This document shows positions 1 to 11,521 of a DNA stretch of 64,000 nt, one piece after another. How positions within the stretch are numbered: position 1 is the stretch's first letter; each line of letters opens with the position of its first letter. Under the pieces are notes generated by a model, which had not been told where the DNA came from, did no database searches, and worked only from the letters and a program-made list of their open reading frames with translations. The DNA lies in assembly GCA_937625935.1 (NCBI GenBank), contig OW569354.1, positions 372,001 to 436,000 on the forward strand. Direction: 5' to 3'. The position numbers and the translations under genes are program-made. The stretch comes from Tetramitus jugosus (taxonomy: Eukaryota; Protista; Heterolobosea).

Positions 1-2370
1 TTGTCCAGTGCTAGCGTAGTGGTTGACTTGTGTGCTGCCCCTGGTGGTTGGCTCCAAGTCGCCAGAAAGTACATGCCTATTGCTGGTGTGCTCTATGGTG
101 TCGATTTGGCCTCTATTAAAAAGATACCGAATGTCATGACACTGGAAGGTGATATCACGAGCAAGAAGACACTGAAGCGCATCATGACTGACTTGAATCA
201 CAGCAAGGCCGATGTTGTTCTTCACGATGGTGCCCCCAACGTTGGTAGCAATTGGTTAAAGGATGCCTATGGTCAGTCTGAGCTCGTTCTTCACTCTCTA
301 CGGATGGCTTGTGCCCTATTGAAGCCAAACGGTGTCTTTGTCACCAAGGTTTTCAGATCCAAGGACTATCAATCACTTCTCTGGGTGTTCAATCAATTGT
401 TCAACAAGGTTGAATCAGCCAAGCCAAAGGCATCTAGAAATGCCTCTGCTGAAATTTTTGTCGTTTGTGAAGGATTCAAGGCACCAAAGGACATTGATGA
501 CAAGTTGTTTGACCCATCATTTGTCTTTGAAGACACTCAGACAGAGAAGAAGCAACTCAAGCTGTCTCACAAGGACCTTGCCAAGATTCAAAAGAAGCCA
601 AACAGAGAAGGTTACGAAGATGAGGACTACATTCTTCACAAGTCCTATCCAGTGAGTGAATTTATCACAACAGAGCACCCCATTAACGTTTGTGTCGAGT
701 ACAATGCACTCGTCTGGGATGACAAGTCTCAACTGTACTTGAACCATCCTTTGACCACTGAGGACATTAAGATTTATTGCAGTGATTTGAAGGTTCTTGG
801 TCGATTGGACTTTAAGGACTTGTTGCGGTGGAGAAAAAATATGGCAGAGCACAAGGAAGCATTGGAGCAAAAGGAGGTTGATGATGCCATGGGAGAGACT
901 GGTGAGAATGATGAAGATGTCGATGCCATGAATGATGATGATGAAGACCAGGAGGGTGGACCCAACTCAAAGAAGAGAAGAGAAAATCCGTTGCCAGAAG
1001 ACGAAGAACAAGCCAAGAGAGAATTGGACGCTCTGAAACTCAAGGTTGAAAAGGTGAAGAAGAATTTGCTCAAGAGAAAAAAGGTTAAGGAAGCAAAGAG
1101 AATGCCAACACCATTTGAAATGACTGAAGAGAGAGGCGATATTATGGATAACATTCCTGATGCTGCCTACTTTTCACTCAGTACCATCACATCGAGAGAT
1201 CATTTGGAACAGGCTTTGGCTTCTGGAAGTGCCAATGCTGCTTATGATGACTCTGATGCATCAGACAGTGACGATGACATTTACAATGGTGGAGACAATG
1301 AAGATGTGATTGATTTGGACGGATATGATTTGTCTGATGATGCTGTGATTGACGAGTTGCTCGAGAAGCAATTGGACTCCATGTACGACAAGTTCACCAA
1401 GGCTAGAGAGAAGAAGCAAAAGATGGCTGAAAAGAGACAACAAGTGAGAGAACAAGAGAGAAAGGACTTGTCTAACGCACTCTTGAGAGAGAGAAGCGAG
1501 GCTACTGGTCTCTCTTTGGAAGATCTCAAGAAGGGATCCAATCCATTGCTTGCCAACTTTGATGAAGAAGCCACTTCAAGCAGAAAGGTTGGTCAATGGT
1601 TCAGCCAAAACATTTTCGAGGTCTTGCAAGACGATGAAGAAGATGAAGCTGAGGAAGAAGAAGACCAAGGAAGCGATGAGGATATGCCATCTGCCAAGCG
1701 TAGAAAGACCGCAAAGTCAACTTCTGATGATGAGGAGTCTGATGACGAAGAAGCCATCGCCGGAAATCAACCATCTGTCAGGTCAAAGGACGGATTTGAG
1801 ACTGTTCCACAAGAGATGCTCGACCCTGAAGTTCATGCTACTACACTTGCCACTGCAAAGAAGATGTTGCGTAAGAAGGCTAGAAGAGAGTTTATTGATG
1901 ATGCTTTCAACAGATATGCTTTCAATGACACTGATTTGGCACCATCGTGGTTCGAACAAGACGAGTCCAAGCACAACAAGCCAATGCTTCCAGTCTCCAA
2001 GGAAGAAGTTGAGAAGGAACGTCAAAGATTCAAGGAAATCAACGAAATGCCAATCAGAGCTGTGCTAGAAGCCAGATTCAGAAAGAAGAGGAAGCAAGCA
2101 CAAATCATGAAGGCTGCCAAGGACAAGGCCGAAGTCATTGCTAATAACACTGAGATGACAACAGTAGAAAAGGCTAGAGAGTTGCGTAAGATTTACAAGT
2201 CTGCCAAGGACGACAAGCCTAGATTGATTACAACATTTGCCAAGAAGTTTAAGAATGCTGCCAAGGTTCCAAAATGGATAGGTGGTGCCAAGGTTCAAGT
2301 TCTTGATAAGAGAATGAAGAAGGATAAGCGTGCTGAGAAGTCAAAGGAATCCAAGAAGAGAAAGAGATAA
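1..2370 (+). CDS. SPB1: rRNA 2'-O-methyltransferase Spb1/FTSJ3 (5' end truncated by window)
   Basis: FtsJ motifs VDLCAAPGGW, DVVLHDGAPNVG, FVTKVFRS and KPxASRxxSAEIFVVC, a long acidic/basic middle, and Spb1 C-terminal motifs (DDAFNRYAFND, DKRMKKDKR). Confidence 0.96.
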   Translation: MSSASVVVDLCAAPGGWLQVARKYMPIAGVLYGVDLASIKKIPNVMTLEGDITSKKTLKRIMTDLNHSKADVVLHDGAPNVGSNWLKDAYGQSELVLHSLRMACALLKPNGVFVTKVFRSKDYQSLLWVFNQLFNKVESAKPKASRNASAEIFVVCEGFKAPKDIDDKLFDPSFVFEDTQTEKKQLKLSHKDLAKIQKKPNREGYEDEDYILHKSYPVSEFITTEHPINVCVEYNALVWDDKSQLYLNHPLTTEDIKIYCSDLKVLGRLDFKDLLRWRKNMAEHKEALEQKEVDDAMGETGENDEDVDAMNDDDEDQEGGPNSKKRRENPLPEDEEQAKRELDALKLKVEKVKKNLLKRKKVKEAKRMPTPFEMTEERGDIMDNIPDAAYFSLSTITSRDHLEQALASGSANAAYDDSDASDSDDDIYNGGDNEDVIDLDGYDLSDDAVIDELLEKQLDSMYDKFTKAREKKQKMAEKRQQVREQERKDLSNALLRERSEATGLSLEDLKKGSNPLLANFDEEATSSRKVGQWFSQNIFEVLQDDEEDEAEEEEDQGSDEDMPSAKRRKTAKSTSDDEESDDEEAIAGNQPSVRSKDGFETVPQEMLDPEVHATTLATAKKMLRKKARREFIDDAFNRYAFNDTDLAPSWFEQDESKHNKPMLPVSKEEVEKERQRFKEINEMPIRAVLEARFRKKRKQAQIMKAAKDKAEVIANNTEMTTVEKARELRKIYKSAKDDKPRLITTFAKKFKNAAKVPKWIGGAKVQVLDKRMKKDKRAEKSKESKKRKR

Positions 2371-2440
2371 ATAAATTAATACTTTGCTCGTATATTTGCA
2401 GTGTTCTGTTTTATTGTGAGACATATTACTGTCACAATCA

Positions 2441-3037
2441 TTAATTGCTGTCGAGGTTGAGTGTTTCCGACCGAAGCTGTTGGACTGACTCCACGTATCT
2501 CTTGAATTTGATATTCAGGTTGGGGATGATGTTCAAGTTTTGGTTCATCTTCTCCAATTCAATATCACTCCTCTGACTCCAATCAATCGTCTGCACATTG
2601 GCATCAATCTGATGGACAAACTGGTCCATTTCCTTCACCAGACGGATAAAGTAAGGTAAATAATCTGAATACACTCTCAATTCACCTCCGCCCGTAGACG
2701 ACATTGGTTTCTGTAATTTTGTCAGAATGGTTGACTTCTTTTGACAGAATTGCCGCATACTGTCACAAATGTCCTTTACCATGGCAATGCGGTTCAAGAC
2801 GAAATCTCTATCAGTAAATTCAAACGTCTCATACTTCAAGTGCAAGTCCTGATGAATGGCACTCAGTTCCATCAACTGGTTCATCAGTTCATGTTGTTGA
2901 GACAGAAGATGGATCAGACGTTGATAGTCTGACTTTTCATGCTCAGCAACGATCCTTTCATTGTCTGGTGATGAAGGTTTCAGATCAAGTTGTTGAGCTA
3001 TGCTCAAAACAGCCTCTAAGCCAACACAAGAATTCAT
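2441..3037 (-). CDS. Coiled-coil protein, candidate augmin subunit HAUS2/AUG2
   Basis: ATG-initiated 198-aa ORF. The segment KKSTILTKLQKPMS..LRVYSDYLPYFIRLV resembles the HAUS2/AUG2 core as I recall it (K-D-x-I-I-A-R-L-Q-Q-P-Y...V-E-A-E-Y-Q-K-x-F). Confidence 0.55.
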   Translation of the reverse strand: MNSCVGLEAVLSIAQQLDLKPSSPDNERIVAEHEKSDYQRLIHLLSQQHELMNQLMELSAIHQDLHLKYETFEFTDRDFVLNRIAMVKDICDSMRQFCQKKSTILTKLQKPMSSTGGGELRVYSDYLPYFIRLVKEMDQFVHQIDANVQTIDWSQRSDIELEKMNQNLNIIPNLNIKFKRYVESVQQLRSETLNLDSN

Positions 3038-3123
3038 TGCAGTTTTTTTTGTCGTAACAGAAATATTTTGGCGGGAATTAGGGGCCAGATTAAAGGGACT
3101 TTACGATTAATGTCTTTGGTATC

Positions 3124-5286
3124 TTAGAATGAGAAGCCACCAATGTCTGTAGATTGAGTTGGATTGACTTCCTCCTCACTGTAAAGATCCAACAGACCCA
3201 GTATCAAGTTCATTGCTCTCTGTCTCTGACTGTCCATAAAGTTATTCTTGTAGTATCTCATGGCAGAGTTGAGACCATCAGTCAAGACACCGGTCATTGA
3301 TCTTTGTCCAGTTCTGGTGTAATCGTTCATGAGAGCAGAAGTGCCAGTGTATAGAGTAGATATTCTGTCACCATTGTTGGTCCAGAAGTTGTTAAACAAA
3401 CTTTCAAAACCAGGGAATCTGCTCAAATCAGGTTCTCTCTGTCTAGTAATACCAAGCTGGTAAAGCTGTTCGAGCAATATATCTCTGGAGATGTAAGTGG
3501 CAGTAATATTGGTTCTGTCACAGCAATCAATGCAGTTCACTCTAAAGACACCAATCTGTCTCTCCAAATCGGTGTATGACTTTGCAGCGGTGCTTGGCAT
3601 CTTTGGGGCCAAGTGCTTTGGAATTGGTGGCACACCATTGGAAGCAGCAGCAGGAGGAGCAGTCGTTGTTGGTTGTTGTTCAAATTCAACGAACTCATTT
3701 GAATCGAATGGATTGGAACCGAAACTATCATCGCTTGGGAACGCATCACTAAAGTCATCATTACTGTTCGTAGTAATGAGTGGTCTAGCATTTGCAGTTG
3801 GTGATGCAGAGTCAAACTGAGTTTGGTTGTTTGCACCAAAATCGAGCAAATCAGCTGTTGTTACATTGACAGGGGAAGTAGTCTCATTGAAAACACTCTC
3901 CAGAGTTGCTTGTTCCATACTAGGAGTGCTGTATGTTCGTGTTAATGTGTTCCATGTGTTGTTAAACTCACTCTCTGCAAATCTTCGAGTGTAGAACTTG
4001 ACACCACGCAAAGGTTCAGTGATACGCTGGATGAGTCCCAACAGTGCAGTAAAGTCCAAATTATTGCACTCGTGATGGAAATCGAAAGCCTCATATCGAA
4101 CCTTGGACGATGCAAAATTCTTCCAGAATGCTCTGAACACTTCACTCAACTTTTGTTCTTGACCCTTCTCCTTGCACAAGTTGATGCAAACTGCACCAAA
4201 ATCGCTGTCTTGAGGCGCATACTCGTTCAAAACAAATGCAAAATGATTCTCAAAGGCAATCTTTTGCTTTGCCTTGTCCTGCATGAATCGAATCTCTGGT
4301 GTGTACTTTAGATTGGCCTGCTGGTTCCACAAGAGAGGAATAGAGCCACGAATCTGAGCAAACGATGTCAAAATACCATCAAACACAACAAAATGCTCCG
4401 TTTCGCAATAATTGGCCACGTGACCCTCTTCGTCAGCACCACGCACATTGTATCGTGTGCCCGCACGCTTTCCTCCCGTACGTGTAATCAAACCAAACGT
4501 AAATGCCTTGCTTCCAATCTTGCATGCACCAATCTCTACGATACCTCGAATCATTGGGATCACAAACTGTGGGAAATTGATAAAATCAGTACTCAAATGA
4601 TGATTCCAAAAGAAGACATTGTTGGGTGCGACTCTTGTTTGATTTTGGAATCTGTGAGTCAAATCCCAATTGTACGAAAAATAAAAGGATTGTTCTTCGA
4701 CGAGAACCTTGTTCAACATTTCAATATATTCAACCTCTCTGTCTTTCTGTAGTATGTTTACAAACATGACCAAAAAAAGTTTCATGAAACCCCCAAAGCA
4801 AAAAAAATAGAGCATTTTTGTGTGTTAGCTCCAAACATCAATAAACAATAGCAACAATAAACAATAACAACAACATACAGTGACTTGATCCTGAGTTCTA
4901 TACTTGCTTGGCACATAGGGAATGAACTGAACTTTTGTAATGCGATAAATCTTTTCATCACAAATGGAACCAATGAGCTCTCTCTGCAAAACAACCACCA
5001 AAAACTTTCCAGACAACAATGTAATGGTGCCCAACACGGCATAAATCTTTGTCATTGTTTTCATTTGACCAAACAAGGCATCTTGAACTTGCTTATCATT
5101 GTCATCAATGGTCATTCTCTGAATAGGCAGTTTTTCATTCTGTCTATTGATTAATAGTACATTGGAGTAGTCTGGTTGTGAGGTCTTTGGTCCTTCTTTG
5201 ACTGTTTTGCAGCCTACAATGACGAATTTGGTTGGATTTTCAAAAAGCTCCAATTCTTCATATTTGTTCAAATTTCCAATGGACAT
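3124..5286 (-). CDS. SAC-domain phosphoinositide phosphatase, 2 exons (intron 4747-4878)
   Basis: SAC motifs FYFSYNWDLT, RAGTRYNVRG, ANYCETE, RGSIPLLWNQ and catalytic RVNCIDCCDRTN (CX5R). The GTATGT...GCTAAC...TACAG intron joins ...DQVT|KDREVE in frame, with ATG at 5286 (MSIGNL). Confidence 0.93.
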
Positions 5287-5561
5287 GTCTTGTGTTTTGT
5301 TGTTGTTTGTCGTTGTGGAAAATATGAGAATCTTTTTTGTTGTGTGTTGTGTGGTCAAGGATTTTTCGTTGTTATCAAGACACGCTGGTTTTTTTGGGCG
5401 AGCTTGACAAGGCGAGCCAAAAAGATTCTTGCTGGTTGCGCTGGACGGAGTTTCAATATTTCGCTCTTTCCAATCTATTATCGAAACCCTTCAGGGAGGG
5501 AATACAATGGTAAAGGAGTCGTGATTGTGTGTGTGGTGAGAAATTTATCGTCTTGGTTGAT

Positions 5562-6677
5562 TTATTTGGTCTTCTTGGTCTCAGCATCAGCATTCATGTG
5601 CTCGAATGGCTTTGTGAACCAGTTCAAAATCTGGAATGGCGCATTCAGGATTGGCTCTCCATCAAAGTGTCTATCATCCTTTGGCTTCTGGGCAAGCTTG
5701 AGCAGTATTTCGTCCTTTCTTTGGAATCGGTCAAACAACCATTGCTTCAACTGCTTCTCATCGTTCAATGGAATCTCAGAGATTGGAATTCTCTTGACAT
5801 TGACGCACACCTTGTGTCCTCTGAGACTTCTGCTCATGAAATCACTATTGAAGAACACACCATCACAGTAACCAAATGTGAAATCGTACACGTACTTGAA
5901 ATCAGGGTTCTTTTGAAGCTCCTTGAGCATGGCAGCAAATCCCTTGACACGCGGAATCATGGTCATCTGTGGAACGTGCAAATTGTTATCGCGAGCAAAC
6001 TTTCGCGCCTCAACCAAATTCTTATCATTGATTCTTGTTCCCTCCAAATAGGAGATCAACCAAAAGGGAACTCTATTGGTTGTCAAGTGAGCAAAGCTCT
6101 TGATCAAAGATTGTTGATCCTCTGACCAATTTCTCTCAAGAAACACCGTACCCATCACATCCAATCCCCATCCAATAAATGGAATTCTCTTCACAGCCTT
6201 CTTTGCCAAGAACTTGCAATTGCCCATCATTCCCTTTCTCATTGCCAATCCAATCATCATGAACGGATCCATATCAGACACGTGATTACCGATACAGATT
6301 GCATTTTCATACTCTGGTACATCATCTCCAGAGTATTCAATCTTTAGTCCACTGATCACTTCAAGCAAAATGTGGAACCATGCCCATGCGAATCCTCCAC
6401 CAACAGTGACTCCTTGGAGTGATAGTCTCTTGAATCCCTTGATCTTACCAAGCGCAAATGCAATCAATTGGATGACATTGACAATGGAGCAGAATGCAAG
6501 AATCGCAATGACTGAGATCACCAAAAATAGCCATTGGAGATAGAATTGAAACTTGTTTTTGGCTTGTGGATGACGACGAAATAGATACTTGATGTCTTCT
6601 TCTGTTGACTGCTGCTGAGAGGTAATATTATTGTTGTTGTTGCTCGTTGACGATGGTGTTGTGTCGGTGGTCGTCAT
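5562..6677 (-). CDS. 1-acyl-sn-glycerol-3-phosphate / lysophospholipid acyltransferase (LPAAT/LCLAT type)
   Basis: NHVSDMD (HX4D), KFLAK, FLERNW and YLEGTR motifs, N-terminal TM segment and C-terminal KKTK ER-retrieval-like end. First ATG at 6677. Confidence 0.92.
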   Translation of the reverse strand: MTTTDTTPSSTSNNNNNITSQQQSTEEDIKYLFRRHPQAKNKFQFYLQWLFLVISVIAILAFCSIVNVIQLIAFALGKIKGFKRLSLQGVTVGGGFAWAWFHILLEVISGLKIEYSGDDVPEYENAICIGNHVSDMDPFMMIGLAMRKGMMGNCKFLAKKAVKRIPFIGWGLDVMGTVFLERNWSEDQQSLIKSFAHLTTNRVPFWLISYLEGTRINDKNLVEARKFARDNNLHVPQMTMIPRVKGFAAMLKELQKNPDFKYVYDFTFGYCDGVFFNSDFMSRSLRGHKVCVNVKRIPISEIPLNDEKQLKQWLFDRFQRKDEILLKLAQKPKDDRHFDGEPILNAPFQILNWFTKPFEHMNADAETKKTK

Positions 6678-7184
6678 GTTTTCTTTGTTTTGCGTCTGGA
6701 GTTTTATCAATCCTGAGAGCGGGGTTATTTAGGCAAAAACGCCGGTATGTCGGCGGATGTTCTTCTGGGAAGTCTTTGAGGTTCTTTACTGATCATCCAA
6801 CGTTGTAAGGATGTTGTGTGGAATAGATGGGGAGAATGGGATGCCCTTCTCGTTTTTCGCGCCATTTGTGACTGTTGTAAACTTGCTCTTGTAAAGTGAA
6901 ATGCGGGGTTTCAAACGGCGAAGAAATAGTAAAAGAGCGCTAATCACCAAGAAGACGCGATTGAGGATACCACACACGCAAAAAACTACAAGAAAGCTTT
7001 TTCGATAGAAACTCTCACATTGCTGTAACTCCTGGAAAACCAAACCATTCTGTTTGTGGAACGTCGATATCAAAACAACTCAACTACAAACGACCTGTTT
7101 CTTGAAGACCAACAACAAAAACTTTTTTCTCACACACCCAACAATCACAACAACGACAAACATCGACAAAATACAAAGTAGGCA

Positions 7185-8256
7185 ATGACTGTAGATCTAG
7201 ACGCATGCATAGAACATTTATATTCTGGCAAACATTTGGCAGAGCAAGATGTGAAAAAGCTCTGTGAGATGGCAAAAGAATATTTTAGTCAAGTTCCAAA
7301 TGTGATCAAAATTGACTCTCCTGTAACAGTTTGTGGTGATATTCATGGTCAATACTTTGACTTGCTAGAGTTATTCAAAATTGGTGGACAACCACCAAAC
7401 ACAAACTATCTGTTTATGGGTGATTATGTGGATAGAGGTATGTGTTGTCACTAGTCACACGTATTGTTTGTTTTTTCTGTTGTCCATTGTTGGTGCTTGT
7501 TTTTGTACAAGTCGTGAAAAATGTTGTTGCTGACTGACGCTCAAAATTTTGATTTTCAATCATCATTATCATCATGATTACAACAATATAGGTTATCACT
7601 CTGTAGAGACAGTGACTCTTCTATTATGTTTAAAACTTAGGTACAAGAATCGCCTCAGTATCATGAGAGGCAATCACGAAAGTAGACAAATCACTCAAGT
7701 ATACGGTTTTTATGACGAGTGCCTTAGGAAGTATGGCTCAGAGAGCGTTTGGAAGATGTTGACCGATGTTTTTGACTTTTTGCCTCTTGCAGCACTGATT
7801 GACGATCAAATCTTTTGTGTTCACGGTGGTCTCTCACCAAGCATCGACTCTCTGGACCATATTAGAAGTTTGGATAGAGTTCAAGAGATTCCATTGGACG
7901 GTCCCATGTGTGACCTCATGTGGAGTGACCCAGATGAGAGAAGTGGATGGGGAATTTCGCCCAGAGGTGCTGGATTCACCTTTGGTCAAGACATATCCGA
8001 ACAATTCAATCACAACAATGATCTCACAGTGGTGGCCAGAGCCCATCAATTGGTCATGGAGGGTTACAACTGGAGTCACAGTGGCAACGTTGTGACCATC
8101 TTCACTGCACCAAACTATTGCTATCGATGTGGTAACAAGGCTGCGATCATGGAAGTGGACGATTTGTTGAATTGTCGCTTCACACAGTTTGATCCTGCTC
8201 CACGCTCAGAGAACTCGTCTCAGGCCAAGAAGGTGACACCAGAATACTTTTTGTAA
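7185..8256 (+). CDS. PPP2C: Ser/Thr protein phosphatase 2A catalytic subunit, 2 exons (intron 7438-7591)
   Basis: [45 protein letters not shown] and C-terminal TPEYFL. The GTATGT...ATAG intron splits the Gly codon of DR-G-YHSVE. Confidence 0.96.
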
Positions 8257-8737
8257 GAATTCAGTCCATGCGTGTATGATGAATCAAAGGATATTGGTGG
8301 TCGTAGTAGTAGAGAGAACACTCTTGTTCTCTCAAACGAGTATGAATGATCATTTACGCTCATCACACCATTCTCCCACACACATACACAGAAGACGACC
8401 CACAACCATCACTAATCTGCGATAATTTGGACAAAATGAGTTTGTACAGTAAATTATTCATTTATTTTTGTCAGAAGTAGGATACACTAAAGTGTTGAGA
8501 GGGATCTTCTAATCCCTCAATCCGCGGATATCCATGTTCCCGGATGATGTTTAAAAGTACTTGACATCTTCTTCCTGCACAACATAATCAACCCTCCAGA
8601 TGGGCAGTGTCTATTTCGGTGAATGATCTTCACCAATCACAAAAACTTCGAGATCCCCAGACCGACACACAAGGAAAAGAAAAAACGAATTGAACAGAGA
8701 AGTTTTTGTTAACTTGTCCTGAGAGTTGTTTGAAACC

Positions 8738-10795
8738 ATGGCTCCCTCATCATCCTCCTCACTGTCATCATCTCCCTCATCGTTCGTTACCTTATCGACC
8801 ACGTCGAAAATTATTTATTGCCTTCCGCAGGCAACAACCAACATTCTAAACGCGTTTATCAATGCACATCTCACTCGATTTTTTGTGCAGGATCTTTGTG
8901 CAGTAGTCGGCACAACAGTCGGAGGAATTTGTTTGTCTACACAGAGATTTGGGACACTGAGCAGTATTATTGGAAGCTTGGGATTGTTTTTGGATCTGTT
9001 TCTGTCGAGTATCATTGACAACCATTCGTCAAAGTTCTCGCGGGCCCACAGACAACAGCACGTGATTCCTATTATTGCCATTGCGGCACCATTGTTCTGC
9101 TTTTCGGCTGCCATTATGTTCAATATAGAGTATCCGATGCGCTGGATACACAATGTGCTGTTCCTGTCAACATCCCCTCTCATGACACTGTCTGTGCTGT
9201 TTACGTTGTTATCTGTGATGCGCAATGTAGCTCCATTGGGCCTTGCGTACAGTGCTCTAGGACCTATTTTAACAAGAGATTGTGCACAAAGCACGCGGAA
9301 TTCGTTGTTTGCGTACAAGCATATGCTAAGTCTGATTGGAAACATGATTGGTGCATTCTTGCCTGCTATTATTGTATATTTGTCAGGTGATGTGCAACAG
9401 GGAAATATTAGTTCCCAACACTATCGTTGGCAATCATCCTACGTGTTCTACTTGTCTCTGTTATGTGTCACGTCATACTGGATCATGTGCATCTATTTCT
9501 ATCGATTGATACCTACGGGCAGATTGGTGCAGCCGCAGCAACCACAAGAGACTCACACGTCGGGAGATGTTGATCAGAGTAACAGTAGTAGCAAGTATAA
9601 CATTGTTCCCAATATGAAACAAGCATTTGGAAATAGGGCATTTACTGCATTATTATTGCTGTTTGTTTATGAAGCAGCGAGAGGTATTTTGTGGGGTGGT
9701 TTGTTTCCGTTCTATCTCTCACAGGTACTAGGATTAGACGAAATGCAATATGAGTTTTGGGGAGGAATTCTCAATGTAGCAGGCATGGTCCTGGCGATGA
9801 TTGCAACGCCATTTTGGCACCAGTTAAGTGTTCGATTAGGCAACTATCGTGCTTGGTTGTTGTCATATATGATACAAGCACCTGTTGGCATACTGCTGTA
9901 CATGTGTATCGATGTGGGACAGCAACAGATTTATCGATACTTTTTCTTCTTTGTAGTGTTGAGTATCACCGGTTCTGCATCTGGTTTCCTGTTGGATTCG
10001 ATTAAGGCAAACGCTGTTGATTATGAAGAGCTGAGAACAGAGGAAAGAAGAGAGGCCTCATTCGAAGCTTGCTGGTCTCTCTTTCCTAGATATATTTCTC
10101 TGTTTTCCAATGCATTCAGCTTTGGTATCGTGTCATATTACAATCGACCCGAGTTTGAAAATCGAGGAGAGTTCTCAATGGAATCACGAAGAGTGATTGC
10201 CATCTTAACATCTCTACTGCCTTCTCTGACATCATTTGTTTGCTTGTTCTTGATGTACCGATTCCCAGTTGACGATGAAAAGCACAGACAAGTATTGGGT
10301 GCAATGAAAAAGCTAAAGGATGGAGAACCAGTGATTGATCCTATTACCAACGAGCTTATCAAGCCAATATCCTCCTCAAGAGCATCACAGCACGATCTAA
10401 ACGTGCTACGTCACTTTGCGGCCTTTGAGATACGGTGGAAACTGTTGGGTATGCTCAACAAGGGCCGCTTGTATCGCTTGTACTCTCAATGGCAGTCCTT
10501 TATAGAGAGAATCATCTTCTTGTTCTGGGTTTCCATCAGTTTAGCATGTGGTTACTCGTTTGTCATGTGTATCGTTTCTCCAACGGATCATTCGGACTTG
10601 CAGGCTACCATTTACCTGTGGCTATCATCTGTTTGCTTTACAATCGCCTTCGGGTTCCATTACGCGCGCGTGAAGATTAATCCTTCCGTCAACGAAGGCC
10701 TCTCTCGGTTCTCTACAACTCAATTGACAAACTATTTGACAAATAATAGTGTGAGTGAGCAGTGCTCGCCGTCATCCAAGTTGCACACGGACTAA
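8738..10795 (+). CDS. MFS transporter, glycoside-pentoside-hexuronide (MFS_2/MFSD2-like) family
   Basis: About 12-14 hydrophobic segments and the motif ANAVDYEELRTEERREASF typical of GPH symporters. First ATG at 8738. Confidence 0.8.
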   Translation: MAPSSSSSLSSSPSSFVTLSTTSKIIYCLPQATTNILNAFINAHLTRFFVQDLCAVVGTTVGGICLSTQRFGTLSSIIGSLGLFLDLFLSSIIDNHSSKFSRAHRQQHVIPIIAIAAPLFCFSAAIMFNIEYPMRWIHNVLFLSTSPLMTLSVLFTLLSVMRNVAPLGLAYSALGPILTRDCAQSTRNSLFAYKHMLSLIGNMIGAFLPAIIVYLSGDVQQGNISSQHYRWQSSYVFYLSLLCVTSYWIMCIYFYRLIPTGRLVQPQQPQETHTSGDVDQSNSSSKYNIVPNMKQAFGNRAFTALLLLFVYEAARGILWGGLFPFYLSQVLGLDEMQYEFWGGILNVAGMVLAMIATPFWHQLSVRLGNYRAWLLSYMIQAPVGILLYMCIDVGQQQIYRYFFFFVVLSITGSASGFLLDSIKANAVDYEELRTEERREASFEACWSLFPRYISLFSNAFSFGIVSYYNRPEFENRGEFSMESRRVIAILTSLLPSLTSFVCLFLMYRFPVDDEKHRQVLGAMKKLKDGEPVIDPITNELIKPISSSRASQHDLNVLRHFAAFEIRWKLLGMLNKGRLYRLYSQWQSFIERIIFLFWVSISLACGYSFVMCIVSPTDHSDLQATIYLWLSSVCFTIAFGFHYARVKINPSVNEGLSRFSTTQLTNYLTNNSVSEQCSPSSKLHTD

Positions 10796-10846
10796 GTGTT
10801 TGTATTGAGAAATGAATACAATTACTAAAACACAAAACTTTTATTA

Positions 10847-11284
10847 TTAAAGCTTCAAAATCTTCTTGTGAATTCCATGGGAAACCATGTGCAAAAACTC
10901 ATCGATATCAAGCTCATTATTGCCATCTTGATCTGCAATTGAAAACAACCGATTGAAGCCCTCGTCATCCACCAGTACTCCAGAGTTCAACAATCCCTCT
11001 TTCAGCTCTTCCCGCGACAAGCAACCATCTCCATTTTCGTCCATGCTCATAAACTTTTGTTTCATGTGTGTCAATTGTAAATTTGTGCAAATCATTTCCA
11101 CAAACTCATCAAAATCAATTCCACCCGACCCGTCGCAATCAAAATACTCAAATTTCATGTACTGTAGTTCAAGGTCTTTGGCGGCTTGAGAATATTCCCG
11201 CTTATTCAACATGCCGTCTCCGTCCACATCGTAGCGCTCAAAGTCCCGCTGAAAATCGGTCATGTCTGAGTCGGAAAAATCCAT
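10847..11284 (-). CDS. Calmodulin-like protein with four EF hands
   Basis: EF loops DVDGDGMLNKRE, DCDGSGGIDFDE, DENGDGCLSREE and DQDGNNELDIDE. Likely ATG at 11284 (MDFSD). Confidence 0.9.
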   Translation of the reverse strand: MDFSDSDMTDFQRDFERYDVDGDGMLNKREYSQAAKDLELQYMKFEYFDCDGSGGIDFDEFVEMICTNLQLTHMKQKFMSMDENGDGCLSREELKEGLLNSGVLVDDEGFNRLFSIADQDGNNELDIDEFLHMVSHGIHKKILKL

Positions 11285-11521
11285 GTAGGGCAGTGTGAGC
11301 GAGGAGCGGTTTCTTTGATGGTGATGTTGTTTATTTTCACAAGCACTCATTTTTCTATTGGTTTGTTGGTTTGGATATTGATCTCTGTGTTTGTTTGTTT
11401 ATGTGGTTGTTTGTTGTTCCACAGCAGGATTCGTTCCTCCAAAACACGGCTTTTTCTTGTCACAGCAATCTGACAGTAAAAGTCACAATCGGAGAAACGA
11501 GATTGGCCGCTGCACGGAAAG

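Noticed and set aside
5290-6125. 193-aa and 198-aa plus-strand ORFs
   Set aside because: Non-ATG starts; antisense to the acyltransferase gene and the SAC promoter.
6768-6782. GGGAAGTCTTTGAGG resembling RNase P/MRP conserved region I
   Set aside because: No complementary CR-V/P4 partner found; the region is more simply a bidirectional promoter.
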